A stretch of DNA of 64,000 bases, from positions 5,376,001 through 5,440,000 of the forward strand of contig CBDCXR010000004.1 of assembly GCA_965223845.1 (NCBI GenBank), written 5' to 3'. The notes under the pieces were generated by a model that saw only the letters and a list, made by a program, of their open reading frames with translations, was not told the origin of the DNA and did not search any database. Both the position numbers and the translations under genes were made by a program. Position 1 is the stretch's first letter. Each line of letters begins with the position of its first letter. Below are positions 39,215-50,300 of this stretch, piece by piece. Source of the stretch: Planctomycetota bacterium. GTDB taxonomy: Bacteria; Planctomycetota; UBA8108; SXIK01.

Positions 39215-42200
39215 ATGATCCGAACCTCCATCCGCTCGATTCGTTCCGTCTCGCGGAACATACTCGTGTTGCTCCTCTGCGTCGTCGCGCGGGAAGCCGC
39301 CGCTGATCGAGTGACCTACATCGCCTACGAATCTACGTGGCGATTCCGGCTCGGCACGGCCGAGGCATCGAATCCGGTGTCCGAGTGGCGCGAACGCACT
39401 TACGACGACTCCGGCTGGTCCTCCGGGATGGCGCCCTTCGGATACGGCGACCCGCCGTTCGGAGTCGATCTCACGACGTTCGATCCCGTCATGCGCGGAA
39501 ACTACGCCTGCGTTTTTCTGCGCCGCGAGTTCGAGCTCACGAACAGTGCAGCCGTCGCTGCGCTCGATCTCGACGTCGATTACGACGACGGTTTCATCGC
39601 CTGGTTGAACGGCGAGGAGATTCTCCGGGTCAACATGGAAAGCGCCGTGCCGGGGAGTGCGGTGCGCTTCGATGAATTCGCGGATGACCAGCACGAATCG
39701 GGATCGCCCGAGACGTTTTCGGTCGCCGATCCCGGCAACGTCCTCGTCGACGGGACGAACGTTCTCTGTGTGCAGGTCTTCAACAACCAGATCAACAGCA
39801 GTGATCTCAAGCTCGACCTCGAGCTCTACGATCCCGACGGCCCCGACGTGTCGCCGCCCGCGATCGCGAGCGTGGCCCCGGCGCCGGGCGGAACCGTTCG
39901 CTCACTCACCGCGGCGACGGTCACGTTCACCGAGCCGGTCCTCGGAGTCGACGCCGCGGATCTCCTCGTAGCCGGCTCTCCGGCGACGTCCGTCGCCGGC
40001 ACGGGAGCGGGTCCCTACACCTTCTCGTTCGCCGAGCCTCCGGCCGGGGCGGTTCAGTTCACGTGGAGCGGCGCGCACGGGATCACCGACGACGCCGTAC
40101 CTCCGAACGCGCTCGAACCATTCGCATGGTCGGCGACCCTCGATCCCGATGCGCCTCTCGGCGATCTCGTCGTGAGCGAGATCCTCGCCTCGAATCGAAC
40201 TGGGATCACCGACCAAGACGGCGAGCGGAGCGACTGGTTCGAGGTGTGGAACCGCGGAACGGAAACGGTGAGCGCGGCGGGTTGGTCGGTTTCCGATGAT
40301 CCGGACGTTCCGGCGAAGTGGATCTTTCCCGCGGTCGACATTGCGCCGGGCGACTACATCGTCGTGTTCGCATCGGGAAAAGATCGCCGAGACGCGACCG
40401 ACGAACTCCACACGAGCTTTCGGCTCAGCACTGAGGGCGAGTACTTCGCCCTCTTCTCCCCGGACGAGCCTCGACGCGCGGTGACCGAGTTTTCGCCGCA
40501 GTTTCCGGATCAGCGAAGCGACATCGCCTACGGGCAGACCGCGCTCGGCGAAGCGCGCTATCTCGACCCGCCCACGCCGGGCGCGCCGAACTCGGCTGCA
40601 ACCGCGCTCGAGGGAAAGGTCGCGGAGCCGCACTTCAGCGTCGAGCGCGGGTTCTTCTCGGGGTCGATTCCGCTCAAGCTGACCGCGACGCCGGCCGATG
40701 CGACGATCCGATACACACTCGACGGCTCCGAGCCGACCGCGACGCGCGGGACCGTCTACTCGAACGAGCTCGTCGTCGAAGGGACGGCGAGCCGCGCGGT
40801 CATCACCGTGCGTGCGATCGCGACGAAGAGTGGTTACCTGCCGTCGACCGTCGTCACGCACACCTACATCTTTCCGTCTGAAGTCCGGCACCAGCCGGCC
40901 GATCCGAGCGGTTTCCCCGGCGGCTGGGGGAATCATCCCGACGCCGACTACGAGATCGACCCGCAGGTCGTCGGAGACGCGCGCTACTCACGAGACTTCG
41001 AAGACGGACTTCTCGACCTCCCGTCGATTTCGATCGTCATGCAGACGAGCGACATGTTCGGCTCCAGCGGAATCTACTCGAATCCCGGGGGAGAGGGCGT
41101 GCAGTGGGAGCGCGCCGCGTCGGTCGAAGCTCTCTATCCCGACGGTCGTGAGGGGTTCAACGTCAACTGCGGGATCCGCATCCAGGGAGGTGCGAGTCGG
41201 AGCACGTCGAAGTCGGCGAAGCACTCGTTCCGGTTTCTCTTCAAAGGCGATTACGGTCCGACCAAGCTCCGCTTTCCGCTCTTTCCGGACACCGACGTCG
41301 ACGAGTTCGACACGGTGATCCTCCGCGCCGGCTACAACAATTCCTGGATTCATTGGGACAGCGGTCAGCGCGCGCGCACGCAATACATCCGCGATCAGTG
41401 GATACGCGACACTCAGCGCGATATGGGTCAGCCGACTCCTCACGGGATCTTCGTCCACGTGTACGTGAACGGACTCTACTGGGGTCTCTACAACCTCGTC
41501 GAACGTCCGAGCGGTCCGTTCGCGGCGTCCCACCTCGGCGGGGAGCGCGAAGACTACGACGCACTCAACTCCGCCGAGCCGGTCGACGGCGACAAGAGCG
41601 CGTGGAACACGATGATCGGCATCGCGAACGGCGGACTGTCGTCGAATGCGGCGTACGAGAACATCCAGAACTATCTCGACGTGACCAATCTTTCGGACTA
41701 CATGATCGTCAACTTCTACGGCTCGAACGCAGACTGGCCGAGCCACAACTGGTACGCCGCGCGGCGGCGCGCGGCGGGGGCGCAATACAAGTTCTTTAGT
41801 TGGGACGCCGAGCGGACGTTCGAAGGCCTCACGTCGAACCGGACCGGAGTGAGCAACGGCGATTCCCCGGGGATCCTCTATTCGCGCCTCCGCGCGAACG
41901 CAGAGTACCGTCTCCTCTTCGCCGATCGCGTACACCGCTGGTTCTTCAACGGCGGCGCCCTGACTCCGACTGCGGTGCGCGAGCGCTGGCTCGCTCGCTC
42001 CGATCGCCTCGAGCGTGCGGTCGTGTGCGAGTCGGCGCGCTGGGGTGACTACCGGCGCGACGTGCACCAATCGAGCAACGGTCCGTACGAGTTCTATCGC
42101 CGCGATGAGTTTTGGATCCCGGAGAAGAACCGTCTCCTTTCGAACTACATACCGCAGCGATCGAACACCGTGCTCTCGCAATTTCGTTCGATCGATCTCT

Positions 42201-44512
42201 ACCCCGATATCGGTGCGCCGGTTCTCAATCAGCACGGCGGCGAGGTCGCTCCGGGCTTCGGCGCGACACTGTCGCGGCCCGCGGGAACGAGCGGGACGAT
42301 CTTCGTCACGACCGACGGCACGGACCCACGCGAACCAATCTCGGGAGATCCGTCCGCGTCGGCGTTCGCGTACGCGGGTGCGATCACCATCGACGAGCGA
42401 ACGACGATCCAGGCACGCGTGCGATCCGGGAGCGACTGGAGTGCGCTCACCGACGCGACATTCTGGGTGCCTTCCGTCTTCGAAGGGATCGCGATCACCG
42501 AGATCATGTACAACCCGCTCGCGGGCGAGTTGCTCGAGTTCGTCGAGATCGGGAACCTCGGCGCGACTCCCGTCGATCTCACGGGACTCGAGTTTACGAA
42601 CGGCATCGCGTTCACCTTCGAGGAGCACGTGCTCGCACCCGGCGAACACGTTGTCGTCGTGGCCCACGCCGCGGAGTTTTCTGCACTGTATCCAGGCGTA
42701 TCACCCGCGGGAGTTTACGAGGGTCGACTCGCGAACGGCGGCGAGAAGATCACGCTGCGGGAACCGTCCGGCACGACTCTCGTTTCGGTCGACTACTCCG
42801 ACGGTGGACTCTGGCCGGTCGGTCCCGATGGCTTCGGTTTCTCGCTCGTTCTCGCCGACGCTGCCGGCGACCCGGACGAGCCGAGTCGCTGGCGCGCGAG
42901 CGCGCAGCTCGACGGATCACCCGGCGAGGCCGACCCGCCCGCGTCGTCGCCCCCGGTCTTCATCAACGAGGTCCTCGCGACGGGCGCCCCGCCGTTCGAA
43001 GACGCCATCGAGCTCGTCAACCGGGCGGCGTTCGACGTCGAGGTCGGCGGCTGGTACCTGAGCAACAACCGCGAGAGCTTCGGTGCGCTCCGAACGTTCG
43101 CGATCCCGGACGGAACGGTGATTCCGGCGGGCGGCTTCGCGGTGCTCTACGAGAGCGAGTTCGGCGGAGCGTTCACGCTCGACGACGCCGGGGGCGCCGT
43201 CTATCTGAGCGCCGCGAGCGCCGGGGCGCTCACCGGACACATCGTCGAGCTTCGCTACCGCGCGACCGAGCCGCAGCGCTCCGTGGGGCTCCACGTGACT
43301 TCGAACGGAACCGACATCACGACGCTTCTCGCACCCACCTTCGGCGTCGAAGCACCCGCAAGCGTCGCGGAGTTTCGGGCGGGAACCGGTGCGGCGAACG
43401 CCGCTCCTCTCGCGCCGCGCGTCGCGATCAACGAGATCCACTACCATCCGCCGTTCGGCGTCGACGAGTTCGTCGAGCTCTTCAACCCGGGCGGACCGAT
43501 CGCGCTCTACTCGGGCGAACTCGAGCGCGGATGGCGCATCGACGGAGTTCGGAGTCCGCTCGGCGGCGACTTCGAATTCCTCCCGGGAAGCGCACTCGCT
43601 GCCGGTGCGTACGCGCTCGTCGTCGGCGTCGATCCGGAAGTGTTTCGCGACCGAAACGACGTACCGGGCGACGTACCGATCTTCGGTCCCTACGCCGGCG
43701 CACTCGCGAGCGAGGGCGAACGACTTCGCTTGCTCGCGCCCATCGCGACCGAGGCGGGAGGTGTCGCCTTCGTCGAGGTCGATCAGGTTCGCTACAACGA
43801 TCGCGCGCCCTGGCCGATCGAGCCGGACGGCGAGGGGCCGTCGCTCGAGCGTCCGTACGCTTCGCTCTACGGCAACGACCCGGCGCACTGGGCGGCATCG
43901 GACACGGACGGCGGCACGCCGGGACAGCGGAACAGCACGAGCCCCGACACTCCGAACGAGCTTCCCGAGCCTGCGATTGCGGGCGGACCGTTCAGCGGGA
44001 GCGCTCCGCTCGAAGTGACCTTCGACGGCTCGGCGTCGACCGATCCCGACGGTTCGATCATCGAGTGGGCGTGGAGTTTCGGCGACGGCGCGAGCGCACT
44101 CGGGGAAGAAGTCTCCCACACCTACGAGAGCGCCGGATCGTATTCCGCGCAGCTCACGGTGACCGACAACACCGGAGCTCGCACGTCGGCGAGCGTCACC
44201 GTCACGGTCGCAGAAGGGCCGGGTGGCGGTCAGATCGCTTTCGACATCAATCAGGATTCCGATCTCAACATCGCCGATCCGATCGCCCTGCTCGGCTACC
44301 TGTTCGGCGGACCAGCGCCCGAGCCGCCGTGCGACGGCGGGGATCCGTCCGGACCGGGAAACACGCTTCTCTTCAACATCAACGGCGATGCCGGCGTCGA
44401 CGTCTCCGATGCGATCTACGCGCTCCTCTTCCTCTTCGGGGATGGTGCGCCGCCGGTTCTCGGCGAGGAGTGCACACCGATCGTCGGTTGTCCCGAGCGG
44501 TGCGTGCCTTAG
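39215..44512 (+). CDS. Large secreted CotH kinase: jelly-roll, Ig-like, lamin-tail (LTD) repeats, chitobiase/Fn3-associated, CotH, PKD, dockerin-like
   Basis: Signal peptide; YDDGF..WLNG jelly-roll; V.SEI.A.N / INE..Y.P LTD starts; IRYTLDGSEP; GIRIQGG, NGLYWGLYNLVER, NADWPSHNWY, WDAE; PKD W.FGDG; duplicated Ca-binding loops at the C-terminus. Confidence 0.88.
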   Translation: MIRTSIRSIRSVSRNILVLLLCVVAREAAADRVTYIAYESTWRFRLGTAEASNPVSEWRERTYDDSGWSSGMAPFGYGDPPFGVDLTTFDPVMRGNYACVFLRREFELTNSAAVAALDLDVDYDDGFIAWLNGEEILRVNMESAVPGSAVRFDEFADDQHESGSPETFSVADPGNVLVDGTNVLCVQVFNNQINSSDLKLDLELYDPDGPDVSPPAIASVAPAPGGTVRSLTAATVTFTEPVLGVDAADLLVAGSPATSVAGTGAGPYTFSFAEPPAGAVQFTWSGAHGITDDAVPPNALEPFAWSATLDPDAPLGDLVVSEILASNRTGITDQDGERSDWFEVWNRGTETVSAAGWSVSDDPDVPAKWIFPAVDIAPGDYIVVFASGKDRRDATDELHTSFRLSTEGEYFALFSPDEPRRAVTEFSPQFPDQRSDIAYGQTALGEARYLDPPTPGAPNSAATALEGKVAEPHFSVERGFFSGSIPLKLTATPADATIRYTLDGSEPTATRGTVYSNELVVEGTASRAVITVRAIATKSGYLPSTVVTHTYIFPSEVRHQPADPSGFPGGWGNHPDADYEIDPQVVGDARYSRDFEDGLLDLPSISIVMQTSDMFGSSGIYSNPGGEGVQWERAASVEALYPDGREGFNVNCGIRIQGGASRSTSKSAKHSFRFLFKGDYGPTKLRFPLFPDTDVDEFDTVILRAGYNNSWIHWDSGQRARTQYIRDQWIRDTQRDMGQPTPHGIFVHVYVNGLYWGLYNLVERPSGPFAASHLGGEREDYDALNSAEPVDGDKSAWNTMIGIANGGLSSNAAYENIQNYLDVTNLSDYMIVNFYGSNADWPSHNWYAARRRAAGAQYKFFSWDAERTFEGLTSNRTGVSNGDSPGILYSRLRANAEYRLLFADRVHRWFFNGGALTPTAVRERWLARSDRLERAVVCESARWGDYRRDVHQSSNGPYEFYRRDEFWIPEKNRLLSNYIPQRSNTVLSQFRSIDLYPDIGAPVLNQHGGEVAPGFGATLSRPAGTSGTIFVTTDGTDPREPISGDPSASAFAYAGAITIDERTTIQARVRSGSDWSALTDATFWVPSVFEGIAITEIMYNPLAGELLEFVEIGNLGATPVDLTGLEFTNGIAFTFEEHVLAPGEHVVVVAHAAEFSALYPGVSPAGVYEGRLANGGEKITLREPSGTTLVSVDYSDGGLWPVGPDGFGFSLVLADAAGDPDEPSRWRASAQLDGSPGEADPPASSPPVFINEVLATGAPPFEDAIELVNRAAFDVEVGGWYLSNNRESFGALRTFAIPDGTVIPAGGFAVLYESEFGGAFTLDDAGGAVYLSAASAGALTGHIVELRYRATEPQRSVGLHVTSNGTDITTLLAPTFGVEAPASVAEFRAGTGAANAAPLAPRVAINEIHYHPPFGVDEFVELFNPGGPIALYSGELERGWRIDGVRSPLGGDFEFLPGSALAAGAYALVVGVDPEVFRDRNDVPGDVPIFGPYAGALASEGERLRLLAPIATEAGGVAFVEVDQVRYNDRAPWPIEPDGEGPSLERPYASLYGNDPAHWAASDTDGGTPGQRNSTSPDTPNELPEPAIAGGPFSGSAPLEVTFDGSASTDPDGSIIEWAWSFGDGASALGEEVSHTYESAGSYSAQLTVTDNTGARTSASVTVTVAEGPGGGQIAFDINQDSDLNIADPIALLGYLFGGPAPEPPCDGGDPSGPGNTLLFNINGDAGVDVSDAIYALLFLFGDGAPPVLGEECTPIVGCPERCVP

Positions 44513-44825
44513 CCCGGATCCGGATTTGCATCCGGCGGAAACCCACGGGTACAGTTGACGTCGAACTCCGGGGTCCGCAGGAGCGCGGAGTTCAGGGTCG
44601 AATTCTCGATCGAGTCGCCCGCAATGCTCCGATAGGGGAAACGTTTGGGCGCCCCGATCGCGGTTTCTCGCTCTCGCGATTCAGGATTCATCCGGATTAG
44701 CCAGCAGTTCTCACCCGATTCGGTGAGCGCAGCGACGAGTCCGGAGCGCGAGAAAGAAACGACGTCCGATCGCCCGCGTCGCGACGGAGCGCGGCGCCGA
44801 GAGTTTCCTGGAGGGAGGGTCCACG

Positions 44826-47198
44826 ATGAGGCTGAACCGAAGCATCGTAGCGGGCGGATTTGCGGTCCTTTTGTGCGCAGCGGGTATCGAAAAGGCGAAC
44901 GCCGAGCCGGAGCTCGTCTGGGCATTCGCGTTCGGGTCGCGGAACCTCGAGTGCGAGACGGCGAGTGAGCCAGGCACGAACTACACCATGGTCTGGCAGC
45001 AGGGGAACGATTGGGCCCTCTCCGATCTCAGTTACGACCCGGATCGCGAATGGGGATACGAGGAGCTGTTCCCCGAAGCGTTCGACTGGGCGATCTACGG
45101 ACCGTTCGACGACTCGGCGAACAATCGGAACGCGTTTCCCGACGACTGCCCGTCGCAGATCTACGATTCCTTCATCGGCGCGAAGAACTTCCTCTCGGAA
45201 TGCAGCGAGCTCACCGTCGGCGATCTCGAGTCGACTTGTGCCGACGGCGGAATCACCGAAGAGGGAATCATCTTCCGGGTCGATGTCCCGAACGGTCTCT
45301 ACCGCTTTGTCGCCGCGGTCGGCTCGGCCGACAATCGGCACGCCCACCGCATCCTCGCGGAGGACGGCGGCGAGGGGACACCTGACCTCATCGGCGACAA
45401 CCACGTCGTCCTCGTCCACAACTACGACCAGGCCGAGCACGGCGTGGGTGTATTCGCACGCGTCGGCTTCGGCTGCCTGCTTCCGCCCGATCCGGGTCAG
45501 CCGCAATTCGTCAACATGGACAGCGAGGGCCTCATCACGGAGGACGCCCCCTCGAGTCCGCTTCTCGAAGTAACGGAGGGCTACATTCGTATCCATCAGC
45601 TCCAGGCGAACTCGAACGATGGTGCGGCCGGTACGAGAGATCCGAACGGCGGTGACATGGTTCTCCTCGAGCTGTGGAAAGTCGACGGCCCGGACGACGG
45701 CGCCGGACAACCGTTCTCCGTGAGCCGGAGCATTTCGCCGAGCCCGCGCTCGCCCGGGGAGGCGGTCGAAGTAACTCTGAGCGCGGCCGCCATCACCGGA
45801 GCGACGACGATTACGGAGGTGATCCCCGATGGGTGGAGCGTCGTCGCGGACGGAGGCGGGACGGTCGCCGGTCAAGAGATCAGCTTCTCGGTCACCGCGG
45901 ACGGCGATGTCACCTACAGCGCGAAGCCAGACGACGACGAGAGCTGCGAGCCCGCGTCCTTTTCCGGATCGGCCGTCGGCCCCGGCGATTGCAGCGCCGG
46001 CGTCACCGGGGACAGCGCCATCGCGTGTATCCAGCCGTTCGATTGCGAGACGCCGCCGGACGCGCCGGCCGTCGAGCTCGTCGCCGCCTTCCATTTCGGC
46101 GCCGCCGCTGTCGACTGCGCGTCGTTCAATGATCCGGACGTGAACTTCACGCCGGTCGTTCAGTCGTCTCCCGCCGATCTTCTCTTCGACGAGGATCGAG
46201 GCTGGGGATACGAGGAGATTCTTCCCGGCGACGCCAGCCGCGGCGGTTACGGAATGTTCGGCCCGTTCGATGACTCCCCAAACAATCGGAACCAGTTTCC
46301 GGATGCGTGCCCCGAACAGCTCTACGACTCGATGATCGGCGCCAAGAACTTCAGCTTCCCGTGCGACGAGCTCGCGGTCGGCAGCCTCGACGAACCGTGT
46401 GAGGAGGGAGGGATCGATCCCGAAGGAATCATTTTCCGCATCGACGACATCCCGAACGGGAAATACCGCTTCGTCGCCGCGGTCGGAGACCAGTTCCAGC
46501 ACGCGCACCGCATCGTCGTCGAGAACGGTGGCGACGGTCCGCCCGCGGATCGCTCCGACGAGTTTGTCGTCCTCGTGAACAACTTCGACCAGAACCAGTA
46601 CCCGATCGGAGAGACCGACCCGGCCAATCCCGGACGAAACGTTTACGCTCGCGTCGGGTTCGATGGTCGGATCCCACCACCGGGAGACGGAGTCGCACCG
46701 AGCCCGCAGTTCGTGAACATGGACGAATTCGGAGAAGCGACGGAGGACTGCCCGAGCAGCCCGACGCTCGAAGTGACCGAGGGCTACATCCGCGTTCACC
46801 AGCTCCAAGGAAACTCGAACGTGAATCCGGACACCGGCACTCCCGGCGATGCGAACGGCGGTGACCTCGTACTCATCGAGCTCTGGCGGCTGAGCGACGA
46901 CGGCGGCCAGGAGATCAGGCGCGGCGACGCCAACACCGACGGCGCCGTCAACATCGCCGACATGATCTTCATGCTGAACGATCTCTTCGGGGACGGCGGC
47001 GCACCGTCCTGCCTCGAAACGGCGGATGTGAACGGCGACGCGGCCTACAACATCGCCGACGCGATCTTCGGGCTGAACCGGCTCTTCGGCGACGGTCCGC
47101 CGCCGATCGACGGTGCAGGTCCGGAAGGGACCGACTGCGGCGCGGACCCGAACCCCGCGACCTCGCTCGGGTGTGATTCGTACGACAAGTGCCCGTAG
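44826..47198 (+). CDS. Secreted protein with two 'domain X' copies, an Ig-like spacer and a C-terminal dockerin-like module
   Basis: GGAGG RBS, signal peptide (ANA|EPEL); internal repeat ~44904-45680 and ~46071-46889; IRRGDANTDG...ADVNGD...NIADAI. Confidence 0.85.
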   Translation: MRLNRSIVAGGFAVLLCAAGIEKANAEPELVWAFAFGSRNLECETASEPGTNYTMVWQQGNDWALSDLSYDPDREWGYEELFPEAFDWAIYGPFDDSANNRNAFPDDCPSQIYDSFIGAKNFLSECSELTVGDLESTCADGGITEEGIIFRVDVPNGLYRFVAAVGSADNRHAHRILAEDGGEGTPDLIGDNHVVLVHNYDQAEHGVGVFARVGFGCLLPPDPGQPQFVNMDSEGLITEDAPSSPLLEVTEGYIRIHQLQANSNDGAAGTRDPNGGDMVLLELWKVDGPDDGAGQPFSVSRSISPSPRSPGEAVEVTLSAAAITGATTITEVIPDGWSVVADGGGTVAGQEISFSVTADGDVTYSAKPDDDESCEPASFSGSAVGPGDCSAGVTGDSAIACIQPFDCETPPDAPAVELVAAFHFGAAAVDCASFNDPDVNFTPVVQSSPADLLFDEDRGWGYEEILPGDASRGGYGMFGPFDDSPNNRNQFPDACPEQLYDSMIGAKNFSFPCDELAVGSLDEPCEEGGIDPEGIIFRIDDIPNGKYRFVAAVGDQFQHAHRIVVENGGDGPPADRSDEFVVLVNNFDQNQYPIGETDPANPGRNVYARVGFDGRIPPPGDGVAPSPQFVNMDEFGEATEDCPSSPTLEVTEGYIRVHQLQGNSNVNPDTGTPGDANGGDLVLIELWRLSDDGGQEIRRGDANTDGAVNIADMIFMLNDLFGDGGAPSCLETADVNGDAAYNIADAIFGLNRLFGDGPPPIDGAGPEGTDCGADPNPATSLGCDSYDKCP

Positions 47199-47240
47199 GG
47201 AAACGGGGCGACGCGGCTTGACCGCGTCGGCGAACTCGAG

Positions 47241-47278
47241 ACAGAGAAAGGCCCGCCGAACGGCGGGCCTTTCTCTGT
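47241..47278. terminator. Bidirectional intrinsic terminator between convergent genes
   Basis: Perfect 17-bp stem ACAGAGAAAGGCCCGCC / GGCGGGCCTTTCTCTGT with a GAAC loop. Confidence 0.85.
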
Positions 47279-47306
47279 TCTGGGCGTACGCGCGGCTTGT
47301 GCGGCC

Positions 47307-50300
47307 CTAGAACGCACACACATCCGGACAGCCGAGAACCGGCACGCATCCGGTCCCGAGTGACGGTGGCGGGCCGTCGGCGAAGAGGTAATTGAGGACG
47401 TAGAGCGCGTCGGCGACATTCACACCGGCATCGGCGTTCACGTCGAAGACCTTGGCGTTCGCTGCGCTGTCGATCGGCCCGTCGCAGGGGAGTCCGCCGG
47501 GATTCACAAAGAGCTCGACGAGGATCTTCACCCCGTCGGCGATGTCGAGGCGGCCGTCTTGATTCGCATCGCCGGGAATCTGTCCGCCGCCGAGGTCTTC
47601 GCCGACGAAGATGAACTGACTCGCGACATCCTCCGCGCCGTCGTCATCCGTGACGACGAGCGTAACGACGTAGTTTCCGGGCGCCGCGAAGGTGTGCCCG
47701 ATCGACGCGCTCGTCGACATCGCGCCGTCGTCGAAGTCCCAGAGATAGCTCACGATCTCGCCGTCGAGATCGTAGGACTGCGTCCCGTCGAAGAACACCT
47801 CGAGCGGAGCGTCACCCGACGACGGGCTCGCGGCAATCACCGCGCCCGGGAGGAGGTTGCCGCCCCCGGAAACCGCGGTGTTCGCGATCCCCGGTGTGCC
47901 ACCGTCGCGCGTCGAAGCCGCCCAATTGACGGGATCACTTCCGTAGGACGTCGCTACGATGCGCTCGAGAGAAGGCCCCGCGCCGTCTGCTTCGGTCGGC
48001 CACGGGTCTTTGTCATTGTAGCGGACCTCGTCGACGACGGTCGGTACGACACCGAAATTCGCGAAGAACAGCGGGCGTTCGAGACGAAGTCGCTCGCCGC
48101 CGTCGGACACGCCGCCGCCAAACGCGCCGACGATCGGTACGGATCCCGGGACGGCGTGAAGGGAACGAAACGCCGCCGGATCGATACCGACGACGAGGAG
48201 GTAGCCTCCTGACGGTACGACGTCACCCGCAGAAAACTCGAAGAAACCGCTCTCCGTCGAGTTGAGGACGCCGCGAAGGTTCCAGCCAACTCCGAGCGCG
48301 TCATCATAGAGTGAAACGGGGGCTCCGGTGGGATTGAAGATCTCGATGAACTCCTCGCGGTCGCCGCCGGGGTTGTACATGATCTCGTTGATGACGAGAG
48401 GACCGAACCGCGGCTCTGCGTTCGGCTCTCCGGTCCCCGTGCGAAACTCTTCAACGCTCGCCGGGGAGTCGGCGCCGAACGTCCGCGCGCTCAGCGCGCC
48501 GAAGTCGATGTCCTCGCTCGTCGCGAAGCGCCCAAACGAGACTCCGGTCTCGCCCGCTTCGTAGCGACCTTCAGCGATGTGACCCGTGAGAGCGCCGCCG
48601 CCGTCGGCGGACGCGAGAAACACACTGCCGCCGGCGGGCTCGAGCGAGAGACCCGCCGGCTCGAAATCGATCGCGTAAAACACGATGGACTCGCCCGAGG
48701 GAAGAATCGTTCCGTCGGGAATCCGGTATTTTCGCAGGCTAGCCGCGTCGGTTCGTGCGTCGCTGAGGAACCACCCTCCGAGATCGACGGCGGCGGGATC
48801 TCGGTTGAAGAGCTCGATCGCGCCTTCGAGGGGATCGGCCGCGTTGGCGAGAATCTCGCTCACCACGACCGCACCTTCGGCCGGGCCGAGATCGTCGCTT
48901 CCGGGCGAACCGTCGACGTTTCGGCTCGCGCCCCACGAAGACGGTGAATCCGGGTCGCCGGTCTCGTCGATGCGCACTAGCGAATAACCGAAGCCGTCGG
49001 CCCCGATCGGCCAGAGCTGTCCGTCGTCGTAATCGACGTCGAAGATGAGCTCACCCGCCGCGTTGCGAAGCTGGATCTCCTCGCCGCCGTTCGCGAGCTG
49101 ACCGAAATACTCGCCGTCGACGTCGACTCCCGGGTACCGCGAGGCGAACGAGGCAGGATCGGAGACGAGGACCACGAACGCACCCGGGGCCAGCGTCGCG
49201 CTCGAGTCGAAGGTGAAATCGATGCCGGAGAACCTCGCCCCGGCGAGATCGATCGTCCGCGTCCCCGTGTTCTTCAGCTCGAGAAACTCGAAGCCGTTCC
49301 CGCCGACCGGATTGAACATGATCTCCGTCACGCGCAGCACTTCGCGCGGATCGGCAAACGAAAACGTGGCCTCCGCGAGCGCGCTCCAAGTCGTCCCCGA
49401 GCGAGTCCGCGCAAGGACGTGCGCGTGATCGGTGAGAATGATCGGATCTTCGTACGACTCCGACCGGCCCGACACCGCGCCCGATCCGAACACCCGCGGA
49501 TCCGTACCGTCCGTCGTGAAGTAGATCGTTCCGTTCGTTCCTGCGGGAAGCGACATCGAGAGAACGAATCCCGGATCGACCTCGCCGCCGTGCTGACTCA
49601 GAATCGGCGCCCCGAGATTCGGGTAGAGCCCGCGGCTCCTGAGCTGGCCGAGCACGTTCCCGGAGCGATTCGGAAAGTACTGCGTGAGGAGCCAGTTGAG
49701 CTCTGCCATCCACTCGTCGTTCCGTGTGTAGGGCTCGCTCGGCCGGCGCGTATCCCCCCAGCGGGCGGCCTCGCAGGCGATCGCCGGATCGACCTCGTCG
49801 ATGCGACGCATCCAGTGCGCCGCGGGTCGGTTGCGCTCGGGCTGCGCGGGATCCCACGCGGGATCGTCCTCGTCGACATAGAGGATGCCGCCATTAAAGA
49901 AATGCCGATGGGCTTCGTCGGCAAAGAGGAGACGAAACTCGGGACTCGCTCGCAGCCGGTCGTAGATTTCCCCGGGCGTGCCGCTTCGCGACTCGCTCGT
50001 GCGATCGATCGAAACGCTCTTCAGCGTGTGCTCGGCGTCCCAGCTATGAAACTGGAAGCCGAAGCCGGGCTGACGGAACTTGGTGGCGTACCAGTTGTGG
50101 TGCGGCCAGTCGTCATTCCCGCAGAAAAAGTTGACGAGCATGTAGTTGGCGAAGCTGCGGATGTCGAGGTGGTTCTCGAGATCGAGGTAGTTGCTCGTAT
50201 TCGAGAGATCGCGCCTGACGAAGTTCATCATCGTGCTCCACGAGCTGCTCGATCCGTCGACGACGTTCGATCCGCTGTGGCGAAGAGCGTCGTACTGCGT

